This document shows, piece by piece, positions 60,380-64,000 of a stretch of DNA of 64,000 nucleotides. Position 1 is the first letter of the stretch. Each line of letters starts with the position of its first letter. Both the position numbers and the translations under genes were made by a program. A model generated the notes under the pieces. That model worked only from the letters and a program-made list of their open reading frames with translations. It had not been told where the DNA came from and searched no databases. Source of the stretch: Nanobdellota archaeon (GTDB lineage Archaea; Nanobdellota; Nanobdellia; Pacearchaeales; GW2011-AR1); the NCBI GenBank assembly GCA_038044745.1, contig JBBSZK010000002.1:110938-174937 (forward strand), in the 5' to 3' direction.

Positions 60380-61299
60380 TACACGACAAGCGAGGATTCT
60401 TTTTTACAATAATTACCATAGTCACGCTTTCGCTATTCCTTATAACCTACGGCATCTACAACGAATTCAAAGAACGCTCGTCAGAACAGAAACGAGTAAA
60501 AACGCTTGATAGTTTCTTAAAAGCAACCGAAGCCGACCTCTCCCGTCAAGCGTACATTATGGGATTTAGGGCAATCTTTATTATTGAAAGTGCGATAAGT
60601 GCGTCGGGAAGTTACAGTTCAAATGTGAATGCACAAGTCAATGAAATAATACAAAATGGTACTTTGGGAGGAGTACCGCAACCCCTTATGGTTGAAGCAA
60701 CGCTACCTGAAATAAGCGCCCTCGCAAATGAAAAAGCCTCGAAGCTCAACGCAGAACTAACACTCTCGCAACCAACCATACACGTTTTCCAACGCGACCC
60801 CTGGCACGTAATTGTACAAATCAATACAACCCTCATCCTCAACGACAAGAATGACAAGGCTAACTGGACAATCGACGAGTCTATTGAAGCGCCCCTAAAG
60901 ATAGACAACTTCGAAGATCCGCTTTATCTTGTGAACACCAACGGCCTCGTAACCAACAAGATAACTCGCACACCCTATGAAAATTTCACACAAGGTGTCG
61001 ATGTAACTAATTTGATAGCTCATGCAACAAATTCGTACTATACGGCAACGTCACTTGCGCCTAGTTTTATGCAAAGACTTGAAGGCAACCTAACTCCGAG
61101 CGAAGAAGGCATAGAATCGCTCGTGAACCTCCAAGAGCTCAGCAGCGCAGGAGTGACTGTGCAAGACAAAAGCGTCGTAGACCACCTATACTTTTCATCA
61201 CAAAATCCTCCAGATTATAGAATCCAAGGGATGCAATCATGGTTCAAAATCGATGACGCTCATCTGCAACTTTATGGCGTCGAAGAGCTCATACTTTAA
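60370..61299 (+). CDS. Class III signal peptide pilus-associated protein
   Basis: DKRG/FFFTII plus hydrophobic helix; FEDPLY, APSFMQRLEG, GIESLVN. Confidence 0.8.
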   Translation: MALIHDKRGFFFTIITIVTLSLFLITYGIYNEFKERSSEQKRVKTLDSFLKATEADLSRQAYIMGFRAIFIIESAISASGSYSSNVNAQVNEIIQNGTLGGVPQPLMVEATLPEISALANEKASKLNAELTLSQPTIHVFQRDPWHVIVQINTTLILNDKNDKANWTIDESIEAPLKIDNFEDPLYLVNTNGLVTNKITRTPYENFTQGVDVTNLIAHATNSYYTATSLAPSFMQRLEGNLTPSEEGIESLVNLQELSSAGVTVQDKSVVDHLYFSSQNPPDYRIQGMQSWFKIDDAHLQLYGVEELIL

Positions 61300-61371
61300 G
61301 ACAAGAATGTTTATAAACTCCCTCGATATAACCTTCATATAATCAACAAAAATTAAAAGGAGGTGGAAACG

Positions 61372-61824
61372 ATGCACAAAAAAGGACAAGCGGCGATGGA
61401 ATTCTTGATGACCTATGGATGGGCCATTCTTGCAGCCATAATTGCGATTGGTGTTCTTGCATATTTCGGCGTATTCAGCCCAGGGAAGTACACTACTGGA
61501 TCAACGGTCGTTAATCCTCCCTTCTACGCAAACTCATGGAACGTTCAAGCAAATGTAACAGGAAGTTCCGGAATTATTCTCGAACTCCGTAACAACGGAG
61601 GCGAAAACTTTGAAGTTCAGAGCATAGATGTTACAAATTGCGGAACATTTGCAACGCCGACAACTATCGCGACAGGAGAGCTTCAACCGTTCACCATTGA
61701 CTGTACAGGAGTATTGACCGAAGGAACTAGCTTCAAAGGAGATATCACCATTACCTATCTAAAGACAGATAGTACGGTTGTATTGACTTCGACAGGAACA
61801 ATCGCTGAGAAAGTCACGGCATAA
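61372..61824 (+). CDS. Probable major type IV pilin
   Basis: KKG/QAAMEFLMTYGWAIL; own TTTATAAA box, GGAGGTG RBS, T-rich terminator. Confidence 0.88.
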   Translation: MHKKGQAAMEFLMTYGWAILAAIIAIGVLAYFGVFSPGKYTTGSTVVNPPFYANSWNVQANVTGSSGIILELRNNGGENFEVQSIDVTNCGTFATPTTIATGELQPFTIDCTGVLTEGTSFKGDITITYLKTDSTVVLTSTGTIAEKVTA

Positions 61825-61828
61825 AGCC

Positions 61829-61859
61829 ATTTTTATTTTTTATTTTATCTTTTTCTTTT
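61829..61859 (+). terminator. Oligo-T archaeal terminator
   Basis: Runs of T directly after the pilin stop codon. Confidence 0.6.
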
Positions 61860-61955
61860 AAGTACCCCAAAGAGGGTATGGTTTGAACTAAATTCTTGGC
61901 ATCAAAGATTTTCAGTAGAAAATCTTTATAAAGACCCCAGAAGTCCCCTCTACAA

Positions 61956-62112
61956 GATCGCGTAGCTCAGCCTGGTTAGAGCACCGCTCTGATAAGCTTT
62001 GTGTTCGTGAGAACCAAAGCTCCCGTGGACCGAAGGTCCGCGTGGACTGGAAACTCGAGAGAGTTTACAGGCAGTAAGGCGGGGGTCCCATGTTCAAATC
62101 ATGGCGCGATCA
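61956..62112 (+). tRNA. tRNA-Ile(GAT) with 82-nt intron (61995-62076)
   Basis: GATCGCG/CGCGATC acceptor, CCGCT/GGCGG anticodon stem, CCATG-TTCAAAT-CATGG. Confidence 0.92.
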
Positions 62113-62261
62113 TTCCCCCAAAGGAAATGATAAAGACTCCTGACTAAGAAGATAAAGGGGAAGAGATTAGAGGGGAAAAATAGCGAGGGGCACATATATC
62201 TCTTCGTAGAGAGTAGATGTCTGTCGAGTGCGACGATGAAACGCTTAATAACTTAGAGTAG

Positions 62262-62876
62262 TTACGCGCCAAACTCAAGAGTTAAACCCTTCTCGTGAAG
62301 GCTGTATCGTTTCAGAGGTAAATCAACCTGTAAACTGTTAACGTAAACTTTATTTTTTCCTATAGCTTTTATTTCATATCCCGATTCAACTTTAGAAACG
62401 AATACGTCATCAATCGACCCAATGCCTGGAGCACGCAAGTCGTAAACAACACCATCGCTCAACCGACGAATATCGCTTTTAGCTTCAATACGAGGAACAC
62501 CTGCCATACGTTTCATCTGTTCATCAGTCAATTTGCGCGAACGAGTACGTGGTTGCTTGGGCGCAGGCGTACCAATGCTCACTTGTATCCCATTAGGGAG
62601 TGAAGCCATATCTGCGTGAGACGCACCCTTCATCTGCGACTCAAGGGACCTCATAATCTGATTAAAGAGAGAAGCAATAATTTTATCGCTGAATCCAAAT
62701 CCTGCCCCTCCCCCGCCAATAAGGGGTGCCTGAGAGAATTCATTCTTCCCTAAAAGTCCAAACTCGTCCAAGTCTTTCTCAGGGTTACGTACATCGCATC
62801 CACAATGCGGACAAAAATCAAAGTCTGCCTTTATCGTGCTATGGCATTTGGGACAGTCTTGCTTCTTACCAAACAT
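62262..62876 (-). CDS. Zn-ribbon plus Hsp20-like domain protein
   Basis: CPKC...FCPHCG; C-terminal YDLRAPGIGSIDDV...YEIKAIG...GLTLEF. Confidence 0.7.
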   Translation of the reverse strand: MFGKKQDCPKCHSTIKADFDFCPHCGCDVRNPEKDLDEFGLLGKNEFSQAPLIGGGGAGFGFSDKIIASLFNQIMRSLESQMKGASHADMASLPNGIQVSIGTPAPKQPRTRSRKLTDEQMKRMAGVPRIEAKSDIRRLSDGVVYDLRAPGIGSIDDVFVSKVESGYEIKAIGKNKVYVNSLQVDLPLKRYSLHEKGLTLEFGA

Positions 62877-62922
62877 GGTCAAGGCTAGAAAAACGAACTT
62901 ATAAACGTTATGTAATCAAAGC

Positions 62923-64000
62923 CTATCGCTCATGAATAAATTTCTTAAACCACACAACGTCAGAATGTAGCGTCTTGAAGGGATGGAATACGTCCCAATG
63001 CAACCCTCGCAAAGACTCGGTCGGTCGCACCTCTTCCAATTGAGGAACAAATGAAAAGGCAACAGCAAATCTCAAAACCGCCGCAATAAGGAACACAAAC
63101 AACGTGGTGTTCATAAACGTCACGTCAAGGTATTGAATCATAAGTCCTCCGAGTATAGAACCAAAAAAGATACCAATGCCGCTTAAGATGTTGGAGTATG
63201 TGAAACACAATCCTCGCTTTTCAGGCTTAACAGAGTCGTACATATAATTCGTAGCCCCTATAGAAAACGCCGCATTACCAAGACCTGCCGTAAACCCGGG
63301 CAACAAAAAGAGCAAAAACGGATCTTTCAAGAAAATCCAAAGCAAGGGCGTTACAGGAAAAGACCATGCCGCAACATAAAGTAATTTCAAATTCCCATAT
63401 CTATCTGAGAATTTTCCTGCGAAGGGCGTCAACAACAAATAGAAAATAGTTGAGCTCAAACTTACCGCCGTAAAGGTGAACAAGTTGAAATGCAGGTCAT
63501 TGAGCATATACACGGCAAAAAACGGCGAAGCGACCATCACCGCAAAATTAAACAAAGCCTGAAAAACAGCAAACTTTCCAAAATTATCATAGCGTTTCAA
63601 GAACGCCCGGAAGGTAAAGTGAGAAGATCTATGCAAAACAAAATGCGGGCAAAATACCCGTTTCACTTGATAAAGAGAGACTATGCGCAAAAGAATAGAA
63701 AAGAGAAATACGCTTGCGTAAATCGCAAGCACATACGGTTTATCCTCAAACCAATGAAGAATAAACCCTCCGACAAGAAATATGGAAACACCCCACCAAC
63801 CAATGATTCTATTACGACGCGCAAAATAATGTCCTCTCTGTTGCTCAGGAACAAGATCGCCTATCCATGAAAAAGACGGGGGGTCTTTAACTGCCGAAAG
63901 AAAGATGAAGAGCGAATACAAAACAACAAGCAGAGCAGGGAGGTACGGGACCACAAGACTCTTCGTATAAAGAAACGCAAGTAACACAATAGGAATCCAC
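62923..64000 (-). CDS. MFS transporter (5'-truncated by window edge)
   Basis: WIGDLVPEQQRGHYF, GKFSDRYGN, multiple TMs. Confidence 0.92.
   Translation of the reverse strand, partial: WIPIVLLAFLYTKSLVVPYLPALLVVLYSLFIFLSAVKDPPSFSWIGDLVPEQQRGHYFARRNRIIGWWGVSIFLVGGFILHWFEDKPYVLAIYASVFLFSILLRIVSLYQVKRVFCPHFVLHRSSHFTFRAFLKRYDNFGKFAVFQALFNFAVMVASPFFAVYMLNDLHFNLFTFTAVSLSSTIFYLLLTPFAGKFSDRYGNLKLLYVAAWSFPVTPLLWIFLKDPFLLFLLPGFTAGLGNAAFSIGATNYMYDSVKPEKRGLCFTYSNILSGIGIFFGSILGGLMIQYLDVTFMNTTLFVFLIAAVLRFAVAFSFVPQLEEVRPTESLRGLHWDVFHPFKTLHSDVVWFKKFIHER

Noticed and set aside
62190-62245. Hammerhead-like or C/D-like RNA after tRNA-Ile (hairpin then CTGTCGA...GAAAC)
   Set aside because: The core deviates from CUGANGA, stem II does not pair, and there is no proper C/D box pair
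1-64000. CRISPR array, cas genes, integrase/transposase, rRNA
   Set aside because: I saw no regularly spaced repeats or recognisable motifs for these by eye

Overview
Chromosomal segment of a DPANN archaeon, most consistent with Pacearchaeota/Woesearchaeota (inferred from archaeal PheS/PheT, RFC, FEN1, TFS, CDC48, eL15/eL41, intron-containing tRNAs and DPANN-style pilins). Housekeeping genes alternate with accessory blocks. (i) Five tRNA genes, four with 48-104 nt branched 37/38 introns; two carry a short downstream duplication of their 3' end. (ii) An AT-rich island after tRNA-Glu encodes a divergent sugar-phosphate cyclase (AroB-like), an SDR and a SAM methyltransferase. (iii) Bacterial-type DisA and DNA polymerase II. 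(iv) Two giant surface proteins; one is a beta-helix protein ending in a dockerin, next to two cohesin-like genes, one membrane-anchored. This candidate cohesin-dockerin surface display system is the strongest novelty candidate. (v) A type IV pilus locus with a His-rich ATPase, a KaiC-like ATPase, several class III signal peptide proteins and a vWA/7-repeat propeller adhesin. All calls come from reading motifs by eye; no database search or folding program was run.
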